From NCBI GenBank assembly GCA_001772005.1, contig MERI01000231.1:2762-66761 (forward strand): a DNA stretch of 64,000 bases. The letters run 5' to 3'. The stretch comes from Betaproteobacteria bacterium RIFCSPLOWO2_12_FULL_62_58 (lineage in GTDB: Bacteria; Pseudomonadota; Gammaproteobacteria; Burkholderiales; SG8-41). How positions within the stretch are numbered: the first letter of the stretch is position 1; every line of letters begins with the position of its first letter. Of the stretch, positions 63,426 to 64,000 are shown piece by piece. Under the pieces are notes generated by a model that did not search any database, had not been told where the DNA came from, and worked only from the letters and a program-made list of their open reading frames with translations. The translations under genes were made by a program, and so were the position numbers.

Positions 63426-64000
63426 TCATTGCTTCTTGAGCATGCCTAGCTCGCCCAGCGCCTTCTCTACCTCCTTATGCGTCTCGTCCATGAACGCTTC
63501 GAGATCACGGCTGTTCATAAACTGCCCTTCCCATCCGTTCTCGTCCAGTATCTTTTTCCACTCGCTATCCCCGGAGAGCCGGTTGAAGCGGCCCTCCCAG
63601 TACGCAATCTGTTCCGGGTTCATGTCTCGGGGGCCGATGATGGCGCGGTACTTCGACAGATACGGCTTCACGCCGAGCTCGCGAAAGGTGGGCACGTCCG
63701 CGTAGACGCCGCTCAGGCGGTTCGGTGCTACCGTGGCGATCGCGCGCAGCCGTCCTGCGTTGAGGTGAGATATGACCACCGAAGGGCTCAACGCGATCAT
63801 GTCCACGTGTCCGCCGAGCAGCGCGGTGACACTGCTGCCGCCCGCGTTGAACACTACCGTTCGGACCTTCTTCACGTCCACCCCCGCTCCGCTAAGCGCC
63901 ATGGCCGCGGCCAAGTGATTTGAGCCGCCCGCGGCCGTCGATACACCGAGAGAAACGGCGTTCGGGTCTTTTTTTAGTATCTGGATAATGTCGGCCGGAC
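63426..64000 (-). CDS. TctC-type substrate-binding protein, 5' end beyond the window
   Basis: The reading frame stays open to nt 64000 (..DPNAVSLGVSTAAGGSNHLAAAMALSGAGVD..). Canonical C-terminal lobe. Confidence 0.75.
   Translation of the reverse strand, partial: PADIIQILKKDPNAVSLGVSTAAGGSNHLAAAMALSGAGVDVKKVRTVVFNAGGSSVTALLGGHVDMIALSPSVVISHLNAGRLRAIATVAPNRLSGVYADVPTFRELGVKPYLSKYRAIIGPRDMNPEQIAYWEGRFNRLSGDSEWKKILDENGWEGQFMNSRDLEAFMDETHKEVEKALGELGMLKKQ

Noticed and set aside
1-64000. Search for CRISPR arrays, rRNA, IS elements/transposases, integrases, and TctA/TctB membrane subunits
   Set aside because: No short regularly spaced repeats. No ORF shows DDE/HUH/tyrosine-recombinase motifs or long hydrophobic multi-TM stretches. 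Recombination scars are present without identifiable mobile-element genes.

Overview
High-GC proteobacterial accessory DNA of the 'Bug-rich' type seen in Burkholderiales-like soil bacteria; taxon not determinable from sequence alone. The window is packed with organic-acid and amino-acid catabolic genes. I see no rRNA, CRISPR, transposase or integrase. The left edge holds a TumE/TumA-like toxin-antitoxin pair and an orphan 3' half of a tRNA-Arg(ACG) gene, which I read as a probable integration scar. The remaining ~62 kb is dominated by two gene families. There are 8 intact MmgE/PrpD paralogs plus 3 fragments. There are 15 TctC/Bug periplasmic binding-protein genes plus 1 fragment, with no TctA/TctB membrane partner in the window. 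Embedded modules: (a) a duplicated TcuA-like flavoprotein + LeuC/LeuD-like dehydratase set with a GntR regulator and a divergent ICL/PEP-mutase-family gene; (b) an 11-gene minus-strand operon: amidohydrolase, SDR, CoA-transferase, split MaoC hydratase, HMG-CoA-lyase-like, acyl-CoA dehydrogenase, CobW GTPase, GGT-like, PrpD; (c) a lower-GC plus-strand cluster: Bug, TPP enzyme, flavin reductase, PrpD, cupins; (d) an orphan 2-oxoacid dehydrogenase E1 alpha/beta pair; (e) a PrpD, ornithine-cyclodeaminase-like, amidohydrolase, Bug, PrpD, Bug, BKACE cluster. Segments of different GC content meet at chimeric gene fragments (37.5-38.3 kb, 41.7-42.2 kb, 43.2 kb, 47.3-47.65 kb). This suggests repeated recombination among paralogs. 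One IclR regulator looks frameshifted in an A6 run. All functional calls come from motif recognition by eye, not database searches.
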